From Candidatus Latescibacterota bacterium (GTDB lineage Bacteria > Latescibacterota > UBA2968 > GCA-2709665): a DNA stretch of 64,000 nt. Below the pieces are notes generated by a model, which saw nothing but the letters and a program-made list of their open reading frames with translations, was not told the origin of the DNA and made no database searches. The translations under genes and the position numbers were made by a program. Within the stretch, counting starts at the first letter, position 1. Each line of letters begins with the position of its first letter. The stretch spans positions 2,816,001 to 2,880,000 of the forward strand of contig OZ220733.1 in NCBI GenBank assembly GCA_965116875.1, given 5' to 3'. Positions 28,001 through 39,158 of this stretch are shown here, in pieces.

Positions 28001-31000
28001 ATGAAACTGGAAGATCTCAAGCCGGACACGACCGTCCGCGGCATCGTTCCCGACGGCGTCGTGACCGTCGTAAACGTGCAATGGCACGGCTCCGGAGCGC
28101 TTACACTGATCTACCGTCCTTCCTCCGGACAGGTTGCCGAGGAGATTCTCTACCGGCACGACGAGGCTCGGCTCGAGATCGTCGAGCACGGCCGCCCTTG
28201 GAGTTTCGACGGGGACGGCGCGTTGTTCCGTCTCGTGTCCGAAGCTTACCGCATCCGTCTCGCCCACCTTTTCGATCCTGTCCTGGCTGTCCATACCTCG
28301 CTGGTAGAGCCGCTCCCGCACCAGATCACGGCGGTATATGAGGCCATGCTGCCCCGCCAACCGCTGCGTTTCCTGCTGGCGGACGATCCCGGCGCCGGAA
28401 AAACAATCATGGCCGGCCTGTTGATGAAGGAACTCGTCGCCCGCGGCGATCTCAGGCGGTGCCTGGTGGTATGCCCCGGAAGCCTCGCGGAGCAGTGGCA
28501 GGACGAACTGTACCGGCGTTTCAACCTCCCCTTCGAGATTCTGACGAACGATAAGCTTGACGCCGCCCGTACCGGCAATTGGTTCCTCGAAAACGACCTC
28601 GCCATCGCACGGTTGGACAAACTCGCCCGCAACGAGGACCTGCAGGACAAGCTGGGCGCACGTGACTGTCGCTATGACCTCGTCGTCTGCGACGAAGCGC
28701 ACAAGATGTCGGCAACCTTTTTCGGAGGCGAGGTGAGATACACCAAACGCTACAGACTTGGGCAACTGCTATCCAATCTCACCCGTCACTTCTTGCTGAT
28801 GACGGCCACACCGCATAACGGCAAGGAAACGGACTTTCAACTCTTTCTCGCCCTTCTGGACGGCGACCGTTTCGAAGGACGATTTCGGGACGGCGTTCAC
28901 CAGGTGGAGGTTTCCGATCTGATGCGCCGTATGGTGAAAGAGAACCTGCTCAAGTTCGACGGACGCCCGTTGTTCCCCGAACGCATCGCGTATTCCGTGC
29001 CATACAAGCTGACCGACGCCGAAGCCCGGCTGTACAAAGAGGTGACGGACTACGTCCGTGAAGAGTTCAATCGCGCGGAGGCGTTGCAAAGCGATACTCG
29101 TGCGGGCACCGTAGGCTTTGCACTCACCATCCTGCAGCGGCGCCTGGCATCCTCACCCGAGGCGATTCACCAGTCGCTGAGGCGGCGGCGTGAACGGCTT
29201 GAAAGTCGCCTTCGAGAACTGAGTCTGCTGCAACGCGGCGCGGGGCAATCGGAAGCGATCCCGCAGTCCGGTCCGTTATTCGATGCCGAAGACGTAGAGG
29301 ACCTGGACGACGCCCCTTACGAAGAGGTAGAGGCCACGGAGTCCCGCTTGCTGGACGAGGCGACGGCGGCCGGCACGATCGCCGAATGGAAGGCGGAGAT
29401 TACTTCGCTCAAGCGCCTGGAGAGCATAGCAGCCGGAATCCTGAAAAGCGGCGAAGATACAAAGTGGCGCGAACTGTCCAACCTGCTGGGAGAGATATTC
29501 ACTCAGGCCGGTCTGGGCGCCCCGGCTGGTGAGAAGGCCGAACCGTACGGCAGCGGCGCCATCCCGCCGCCGGTACCGTCGGCGAGCCAGAAACTGGTCA
29601 TCTTCACCGAGCACCGCGACACGTTGAATTATCTCGAGCGGCGCATTGCGACACTCCTTGGGCGGCCTTCGGGCATCGTCACCATTCACGGGAGCATGGG
29701 GCGCGAGGATCGCCGCAAGGCTCAGGAGGCGTTTCTCCACGATCCGCTTGTGCGGGTGCTGCTGGCCACGGACGCTGCTGGCGAGGGTATCAACCTTCAG
29801 CGCGCCCACCTGATGGTGAACTACGATCTGCCGTGGAATCCGAACCGTATCGAACAGCGGTTTGGGCGCATCCACCGCATCGGTCAAACTGAGGTCTGTC
29901 ATCTCTGGAATCTGATAGCGGAAGAGACCCGGGAAGGTGACGTGTACCGGACCCTGCTGGACAAGCTCGAGCAGGCACGAAGCGCCCTGGGCGGCCAGGT
30001 CTTCGACGTGCTCGGTAGAATCCAGTTCGATGGTCGCCCGTTAAGAGAACTGCTGATTGAGGCGATCCGCTACGGCGAGCAGCCTGAAGTGCGTGCACGG
30101 CTTTCCGAGGCGGTCAGCGATGCAGTAGACCAGCCGCATCTACAGGAACTGATCGAGGAGAGGGCCCTCGCCCATGACGCAATGGATTCGACCCGGGTCG
30201 CGAGGGTGCGAGAGGAGATGGAACGCGCCGAGGCAAGGCGATTGCAGCCGCATTATATAGAGTCGTTCTTCCTGGAAGCGTTCAGACGACTCGGCGGTGC
30301 GGCGCGACGCCGCGAACCGGGCCGGTACGGGATTACGCACGTCCCGGCAACTGTGCGCAACCGCGACCGGCAGATCGGCCTTGGCGAACCCGTTCTTGCG
30401 CGCTACGAACGCATCGCATTCGATAAGAAACACCTTACGCCGCAGGGGCAGACGCCCGCCGCGTTCGTCTGCCCGGGACATCCCTTGCTCGATGCCGTTC
30501 TCGACCTCACATTGGAACGCCACCGCGACCTCCTGCAGCGCGGCGCCGTGCTCGTGGACGAACGGGACCCGGGCATGGAAACGCGGGTCATCTTCTCGCT
30601 GGAGCATGCAATTAAAGACGCGAGTGTCGTGCCGAGCGGCGAGGGTCGCGTTATTTCACGCCGGACGCTATACGTGGAGATCAATCCCGCCGGTGTGAAA
30701 CGCCGTCTCGACTACGCGCCGTACCTCGATTATCGGCCGCTGGCGGACCACGATCCGGGTGTAGCCGACATCCTGGCACGACCCGAGTGCGGATGGATCA
30801 CCCGTGAGCTGGAGCAGCAGGCGCGGGAAGAGGCCATCGCCGGGATCGTACCGAAACACCTCGGTGAAGTTCGGGACCGGCGCCTCACTCTTGTTGCGAA
30901 AACCCGCGCGGCGGTGAAGGAGCGGCTGACCAAGGAGATGTCGCACTGGGACCACCGCGCACAGGAGTTGAAGCTCCAGGAAGAAGTCGGCAAGGCCGGG

Positions 31001-31573
31001 GCAGGGCTTAACTCACGCGAGGCCCAAAGGCGGGCCGATGACTTGCAGGAACGCCTCCACCAACGCATGGCCCAACTCGAACGCGAGGAAAAAATCTCCG
31101 CGCTTCCACCCTCCGTCATCGGCGGGCTTGTGGTGGTACCCATGGGACTTCTGGCTGACATGACTGGAACCTCCGCGCCCCGGCGCCCCATCGACACCCA
31201 GAAGTCGGCGGCAAAAGCCCGTGCCATCATAATGGAAGTCGAGCGCGGCCTTGGATTCGAGCCCGTTGATCGCGAGACCGAACGCCTCGGCTATGACATC
31301 GAGAGTCGCGTTCCTGGAACCGGAAAGCTCCGGTTTATCGAAGTGAAAGGCCGACAATCCGGCGAAGATTCGGTTACCGTAACGAGAAACGAGATTCTCA
31401 CCGCACTGAACAAACCGGACGACTTCATCCTCGGCATCGTCGAATTCCTGGATGGCGGCGACCATCACGTACACTACCTGCGCCGGCCCTTCCAAAAGGA
31501 GCCGGATTTCGACGTAACCAGCGTCAACTACAAACTGAAAGAGTTGATCAAGCGGGCAGGGAAACCGGCCTGA
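28001..31573 (+). CDS. SNF2-family helicase with C-terminal DUF3883 (PD-(D/E)XK) nuclease
   Basis: LLADDPGAGKT, DEAH, TATPH, GEGINLQ, EQRFGRIHRIGQ; GYDIES..FIEVKG. Confidence 0.93.
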   Translation: MKLEDLKPDTTVRGIVPDGVVTVVNVQWHGSGALTLIYRPSSGQVAEEILYRHDEARLEIVEHGRPWSFDGDGALFRLVSEAYRIRLAHLFDPVLAVHTSLVEPLPHQITAVYEAMLPRQPLRFLLADDPGAGKTIMAGLLMKELVARGDLRRCLVVCPGSLAEQWQDELYRRFNLPFEILTNDKLDAARTGNWFLENDLAIARLDKLARNEDLQDKLGARDCRYDLVVCDEAHKMSATFFGGEVRYTKRYRLGQLLSNLTRHFLLMTATPHNGKETDFQLFLALLDGDRFEGRFRDGVHQVEVSDLMRRMVKENLLKFDGRPLFPERIAYSVPYKLTDAEARLYKEVTDYVREEFNRAEALQSDTRAGTVGFALTILQRRLASSPEAIHQSLRRRRERLESRLRELSLLQRGAGQSEAIPQSGPLFDAEDVEDLDDAPYEEVEATESRLLDEATAAGTIAEWKAEITSLKRLESIAAGILKSGEDTKWRELSNLLGEIFTQAGLGAPAGEKAEPYGSGAIPPPVPSASQKLVIFTEHRDTLNYLERRIATLLGRPSGIVTIHGSMGREDRRKAQEAFLHDPLVRVLLATDAAGEGINLQRAHLMVNYDLPWNPNRIEQRFGRIHRIGQTEVCHLWNLIAEETREGDVYRTLLDKLEQARSALGGQVFDVLGRIQFDGRPLRELLIEAIRYGEQPEVRARLSEAVSDAVDQPHLQELIEERALAHDAMDSTRVARVREEMERAEARRLQPHYIESFFLEAFRRLGGAARRREPGRYGITHVPATVRNRDRQIGLGEPVLARYERIAFDKKHLTPQGQTPAAFVCPGHPLLDAVLDLTLERHRDLLQRGAVLVDERDPGMETRVIFSLEHAIKDASVVPSGEGRVISRRTLYVEINPAGVKRRLDYAPYLDYRPLADHDPGVADILARPECGWITRELEQQAREEAIAGIVPKHLGEVRDRRLTLVAKTRAAVKERLTKEMSHWDHRAQELKLQEEVGKAGAGLNSREAQRRADDLQERLHQRMAQLEREEKISALPPSVIGGLVVVPMGLLADMTGTSAPRRPIDTQKSAAKARAIIMEVERGLGFEPVDRETERLGYDIESRVPGTGKLRFIEVKGRQSGEDSVTVTRNEILTALNKPDDFILGIVEFLDGGDHHVHYLRRPFQKEPDFDVTSVNYKLKELIKRAGKPA

Positions 31574-31605
31574 CGGGAGGGAAATCGCTTCGGCCAAATC
31601 GGTTC

Positions 31606-31644
31606 TTGACAATTTCTGATAAAAACGTTACCTTTTAGGTAACG
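31606..31644 (+). promoter_or_regulatory. Sigma70 promoter with operator CGTTAC-N7-GTAACG
   Basis: TTGACA(31606)-N17-TACCTT; palindrome CGTTACCT-TTT-AGGTAACG at 31626-31644 overlaps the -10. Confidence 0.75.
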
Positions 31645-31694
31645 AAAATAAATACTCTCACGAAGTATTCGTCAAGAAACGAAAGGTGGAACCG

Positions 31695-31952
31695 ATGCGA
31701 AAGAAGCGAAGAGACACATTCACCTACGACCTCAAACGAGGCCAGAAAGTCGTGTACCGCGGTTCGACCAAGAATCCGAGGGCGCGTGCGCAGATGCATA
31801 AAGCTGAAGGGAAGCAATTTGACCGGTTGGTCGTAACGTCCGGTCGAATGACAGAATCGGGAGCAAAGAAGAAAGAAGCTGCGAAACTCAAGACGTATCG
31901 AAAGGGACACGGCGGAAGGAATCCACAGTACAATAAGACTCGCCGCGGATGA
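31695..31952 (+). CDS. Minimal GIY-YIG-like nuclease
   Basis: FTYDL...VVYRGSTKNP..R...H, later E and PQYN; very basic; AAGGTGG RBS before ATG 31695. Confidence 0.7.
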   Translation: MRKKRRDTFTYDLKRGQKVVYRGSTKNPRARAQMHKAEGKQFDRLVVTSGRMTESGAKKKEAAKLKTYRKGHGGRNPQYNKTRRG

Positions 31953-32081
31953 GTGTTCGACAGATTTGCCTGTGTGCATCGTCGGCGTACAACTAGCTCG
32001 GAACCTCGGTACCCGCTGCAAGAATGTTGTGTTTGGCGGCTTCCGTGGTTCTGTGCCAGACGAATCCCATTTAATCCCTCC

Positions 32082-32121
32082 TTGACATACCCTCACTCAA
32101 ATCGTTACCTTCCGCGTAACG
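32082..32121 (+). promoter_or_regulatory. Sigma70 promoter with the same operator; leaderless higBA
   Basis: TTGACA(32082)-N18-TACCTT; ATCGTTAC-CTTCCGC-GTAACGAT runs into the ATG. Confidence 0.75.
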
Positions 32122-32457
32122 ATGAAAGTCGTCTTCAAAACCCGAAAGCTCGAAAAGACCTTAAACTCCGGGAGCCTCCTTGAGAGGACGTACGGAAAGA
32201 ACAGGGCTCGGGCAATCATGATGCGGCTCGCTGTTCTAGCGAACGCGCCGACACTTGCCGCCGTTCCTCACACACCCCCCGAACGACGACATCAGCTTAC
32301 AGGTGATCGTGAAGGACAGTACGCGGTTGATCTCGATGATCGCGCGCGGCTGATTCTTGCGCCGAACCACGACCCTGTACCCCTCATAGACGACGGCGGA
32401 ATCGACATCCAACGCGTCACGGCAATTACGATCATGGAGGTCACAGACTATCACTAA
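32122..32457 (+). CDS. higB: HigB/RelE-family toxin (killer protein)
   Basis: F.TRKLEK, YG, PPERRHQLTGDREGQYAVDL..RLI, I.EVTDYH. Confidence 0.88.
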   Translation: MKVVFKTRKLEKTLNSGSLLERTYGKNRARAIMMRLAVLANAPTLAAVPHTPPERRHQLTGDREGQYAVDLDDRARLILAPNHDPVPLIDDGGIDIQRVTAITIMEVTDYH

Positions 32458-32470
32458 AGGAGAGCGAGCG

Positions 32471-33556
32471 ATGGCGACGAACCAGTACCGCCCCGACTAC
32501 GCGGTTCCCCCTGGCTGGGTTCTCGCAGAGCGTCTCGAAGCCCAGGGCATCTCACATGCCGAGTTTGCAAGACGATGCGACCGCTCGGGAAAGCTCATCA
32601 GCGAGATCGTTGCCGGAAAAGCCCCCATCGAGGCAAAGACTGCGCTTCAATTCGAGAGAGTACTTGGGGTCGATGCGGATATCTGGTTGGGAATTGAGAA
32701 GGACTATCAATTGTATCAGATCAGGGAAGCCGAAGCGCGAGAAGCGCAGGAGTCAGTCGCATGGGCGAGGACATTTCCCCTCGTCGAATTGACAAAGAGA
32801 GGTGCGATTCAAACGCGATCGGCAAATCGAGAAACGGTATCGGAATTGTTGGCATTCTTCGGAGTGGCGTCAATACAGGCGTGGCGGACCGAGTACGGGA
32901 GGGCCAATGTCGCATACAGGCACTCACCGAGCTTCAAGAGTGACGAATTTTACCTTGCTTCTTGGCGGAGGCTTGCCGAAATCGAAGCAGACAATCAACA
33001 GTGCCAGGAGCGTTACGTAGATTCCACATTTAAAAATGTGCTAAGTCGGATCCGGCGCTTAACTACGAAGCCTTTCCGTAAAGCTCTGGAAGAGACGGGT
33101 AAACTCTGTAACGAAGCCGGTGTCGCACTTGCGCTCGTCAAGCCGCTGCCAAGGATGCGTGTAAGCGGTGCAGCGTGGTGGCTTTCAAGGCGAAAGCCGG
33201 TCATCGCGTTGAGCGCACGCCACAAAACGGACGACCATCTGTGGTTCAGCCTCTTCCATGAGGCGGCACATATTCTTCTACACAACAAAAAGGATGTGTA
33301 CGTTGACGGGACAGACCGTCACGGCGATGACCATGAGACGGAGGCGAACGATTGGGCGACGAATTTCCTGGTTCCCCGGTCGGACTGGCGTCGATTTGTA
33401 GATGAAGAGGGATTCACGAGTTTGGACATTCGCCAGTTCGCCGATAAACAGGGCATCGCGCCGGGTATTGTTGTTGGAAGACTTCAACACGAAAGGCACA
33501 TCGGGTGGGATTGGCTGAACGATATGAAGGTTCGTTTGGAGTGGGTTGAGAATTGA
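32471..33556 (+). CDS. higA: HigA antitoxin HTH fused to ImmA/IrrE zinc metallopeptidase
   Basis: PDYAVPPG..L.E, FARRC, ISEIVAGKAPI; WFSLFHEAAHILLH and ETEAN. Confidence 0.9.
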   Translation: MATNQYRPDYAVPPGWVLAERLEAQGISHAEFARRCDRSGKLISEIVAGKAPIEAKTALQFERVLGVDADIWLGIEKDYQLYQIREAEAREAQESVAWARTFPLVELTKRGAIQTRSANRETVSELLAFFGVASIQAWRTEYGRANVAYRHSPSFKSDEFYLASWRRLAEIEADNQQCQERYVDSTFKNVLSRIRRLTTKPFRKALEETGKLCNEAGVALALVKPLPRMRVSGAAWWLSRRKPVIALSARHKTDDHLWFSLFHEAAHILLHNKKDVYVDGTDRHGDDHETEANDWATNFLVPRSDWRRFVDEEGFTSLDIRQFADKQGIAPGIVVGRLQHERHIGWDWLNDMKVRLEWVEN

Positions 33557-33569
33557 TGTCCGAACGGGT

Positions 33570-33595
33570 AAAAAGAAACGCCCCTTTCGGGGCGT
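33570..33595 (-). terminator. Intrinsic terminator
   Basis: Minus strand ACGCCCC-GAAA-GGGGCGT-TTCTTTTT. Confidence 0.85.
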
Positions 33596-33628
33596 CGGGC
33601 CGGAGATGCTATCTCCGGCGGGGTAATG
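33570..33628 (-). ncRNA. Candidate ~58-nt small RNA with two hairpins
   Basis: Lies between a consensus promoter and an intrinsic terminator; no ORF; hairpin CCGGAGAT-AGC-ATCTCCGG. Confidence 0.6.
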
Positions 33629-33633
33629 TTTAA

Positions 33634-33661
33634 ATTATAGCTTTTACCAGGCAGGTGTCAA
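33634..33661 (-). promoter_or_regulatory. Consensus sigma70 promoter
   Basis: Minus strand TTGACA (33661-33656), 16 bp spacer, TATAAT (33639-33634), AT-rich discriminator. Confidence 0.8.
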
Positions 33662-34059
33662 TCGCAAAAAACGCAATCGGAAGACAACATAAAACGACTG
33701 ATCGTCGGTTTGCCGCCGAGCCGGCATTCTGCGCAATTTCGTACCGTTACTACGGCCGCATTCACGATTGGCCGCAAGGTTATCAAGGACAGTCAATTTC
33801 CGGACGAGGTCACCAAGCCCTACGGCTTCGTTCTGCGCCGTCCGGCCAAGTGGAATTGAGACCTGCAAGAAATCGTCGTTGTACCGCGAGAAACTGATTC
33901 AGCTTGTCCGAGCGCGCGACGCTGCATGCATAGTATACGCCCGCGAAAAGCCGATCCGGCACGGCGATCCAGGTGTACAATCGACTTGGGACCAGCGCGT
34001 CCGTAGATCCGAAGTGAGCTGAGAAGCTGGAAGACATTTCCGCACCGGGGATATGAGAA

Positions 34060-35598
34060 ATGGACGATTCAACCGCACACGACTCGCTTGAACTCGAAGT
34101 CACCGATTTCGGACCAATCATTGAGGCCAATATCGAACTTCGCCCACTGACCGTATTCGTCGGTCCAAGCAATACGGGAAAGTCTTATCTTGCGACCCTG
34201 ATTTATGCACTGCACAGATTTTTCAGCAGTCGATCTGCACCGTGGCGTTTTCTCTCGACTTACGATAGGTTAATGAACGTCACCCCTTCAAATGTAAGTA
34301 AAGATACTATTGAATCGCTTGATACGTTTCTTGAGCAAGTCTCGACGGAAGCAAAAAAGCCACTTAGCGAGCGGAAAATTGTTTTACCCACTCCGATAAC
34401 TGAAGCGATTCGCTCTGTTTTCAACGCGCATGGCGGCAATATTGGAGATGAAATCTTACGATGCTTCGGAATCAACGATATCGGTGGTTTAATCCGTAAG
34501 GGATGCGGGAATGGTGCAAGTGTCGTTCTTTGTAGGCGTTTGTTCGGGGAATCGGAGCCATTCAAACACGTACTAGGACTTACAACGGGGACGGCTGAAT
34601 TCACAATGTCAGTTCCTAGGGAACGTATCTTGTCTCCGATTGCCATAGGAAAGGGGACAGTCCTTGTCGACGCTTTGAACGACGAGGTCCAAAGCGTCGT
34701 TTCAAGGGTAATACGCGCGGGCAAAGACCAAGAGTTTCTCGCACGGGAACTGATTGAAGTGATTATAGATTTCGCGCTACCACACCTTGCCGGTCCCCTA
34801 TATTGTACCGCATTCTATCTTCCATCTGCCAGAACAGGCGTAATGAAAGCACACAGCACACTCGTTAGTAACCTAGTCGCGAGTGCGCCGATGGCTGGCC
34901 TTCGCCACGGTACCAGGACGCCTGCACTATCTGGTGTTTTGGCGGATTTTCTGCAACAGTTGATTGAGCTTGTAAGTCCGTCGCACGTGCAATCCAATCC
35001 ACTATCCGTTGTCGACAGAGAGATTGAAGAAAAAATCCTCAAAGGTACAGTGCAAATCGAGAGTTCTGACGTAGTTAGCTACCCACGGTTTACTTATCAG
35101 CCCCAAGGCTGGAAAGAAACGTTGCCCCTAGATTATGCATCTTCCATGGTTTCCGAACTCGCCCCCGTAATTTTCTATCTGCGCCACTTGGTCCAGCGGG
35201 CAGACACTTTGATTATCGAAGAACCCGAGGCGCACCTTCATCCTGCAATGCAGGTCGAATTTACCCGTCAGATCGCTGCGCTGGTTCAGGCAGGTGCGAA
35301 TGTTATGGTAACTACTCACAGCGAGTGGATACTTGAGGAACTCGCCAACATCGTGCGACGTTCGGAGCTCACTGACGCGGGTCGGAAGGAGATGCCCCAC
35401 GGCGAATACGCCCTTTCTCCCGATCAGGTGGGGGCATGGTTGTTCAAGCAGAAACGCCGACCGATAGGATCGGTCGTCGAAGAAATTCGATTCGACCCCG
35501 ATGCAGGTGGGCTTGAGACTGACTTCAGCGAAATTGCCCAACAGGTCTACAATGATTGGGCGACGATCGGTAACCGTATTGCAGGAAGCGCTAAATGA
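34060..35598 (+). CDS. ABC-type AAA ATPase (AAA_15/AAA_21, AbiEii/OLD-like)
   Basis: FGPI, GPSNTGKS, YLPSART, ASSMVSEL, IIEEPEAHLHP, TTHS. Confidence 0.88.
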   Translation: MDDSTAHDSLELEVTDFGPIIEANIELRPLTVFVGPSNTGKSYLATLIYALHRFFSSRSAPWRFLSTYDRLMNVTPSNVSKDTIESLDTFLEQVSTEAKKPLSERKIVLPTPITEAIRSVFNAHGGNIGDEILRCFGINDIGGLIRKGCGNGASVVLCRRLFGESEPFKHVLGLTTGTAEFTMSVPRERILSPIAIGKGTVLVDALNDEVQSVVSRVIRAGKDQEFLARELIEVIIDFALPHLAGPLYCTAFYLPSARTGVMKAHSTLVSNLVASAPMAGLRHGTRTPALSGVLADFLQQLIELVSPSHVQSNPLSVVDREIEEKILKGTVQIESSDVVSYPRFTYQPQGWKETLPLDYASSMVSELAPVIFYLRHLVQRADTLIIEEPEAHLHPAMQVEFTRQIAALVQAGANVMVTTHSEWILEELANIVRRSELTDAGRKEMPHGEYALSPDQVGAWLFKQKRRPIGSVVEEIRFDPDAGGLETDFSEIAQQVYNDWATIGNRIAGSAK

Positions 35599-36065
35599 TG
35601 TGTGGGGTGGTCGAACAGCTGAAAAACGAACTACCTGAAGGAACAACCGTCAAGCGGTGCTCGGCCGAAGGCTGCAACGTTCCGTTGAAACATGCCCCGA
35701 CGCCACATTTGGTTATGGATCTGGATCACCCCTTCTTCGGGCTGAAGGATAAGGTCCATTGCGATTTCCTGTTTATCAGTTGGGACTGCAATGGTGGCGA
35801 CAACTGGGTTGTCCCACTGGAATTAAAACGTGGCAGCCCGAATGCGACAGAAATGGTATCGCAGCTACAGGCAGGATCAGGCGTCGCCCAGGCTCGGATT
35901 CCGGACGAACACAACACGCACTTCCTTCCTGTTGGGGCCTTTGGAGGTCGATTGCATATTACACAGAGGGATAAGCTCAGAAAGTCTCGTGTTTCGTTTC
36001 GTGGGAAACAATACCAGATCAAACTCATTCGATGTGGAACCCCACTGAAGACCGCTCTTCCGTGA
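35595..36065 (+). CDS. Hypothetical protein, PD-(D/E)XK-like, coupled to the ATPase
   Basis: CDFLF...PLELKRG...SQL; ATGA overlap. Confidence 0.6.
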   Translation: MMCGVVEQLKNELPEGTTVKRCSAEGCNVPLKHAPTPHLVMDLDHPFFGLKDKVHCDFLFISWDCNGGDNWVVPLELKRGSPNATEMVSQLQAGSGVAQARIPDEHNTHFLPVGAFGGRLHITQRDKLRKSRVSFRGKQYQIKLIRCGTPLKTALP

Positions 36066-36078
36066 AATCAAGGACCTT

Positions 36079-39003
<2,925 letters not shown>

Positions 39004-39158
39004 TCTTAAACGTCTACGAACGGTATTTATACTGCATGTGAAGTTCGCCCGACCAATCGGCCGCGTTGCAGACCGGCCGTAAGTAACGCACATGTCGCCG
39101 CAATTTTCGAAGTTGGAGCATTGCGTGTTGCGGGCCATGGACTTATCGGAGGTTTGAA

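Noticed and set aside
33644-34022. Short ORFs between higA and the ATPase as possible type I toxins
   Set aside because: No hydrophobic helix, RBS or motif; they overlap the antisense promoter
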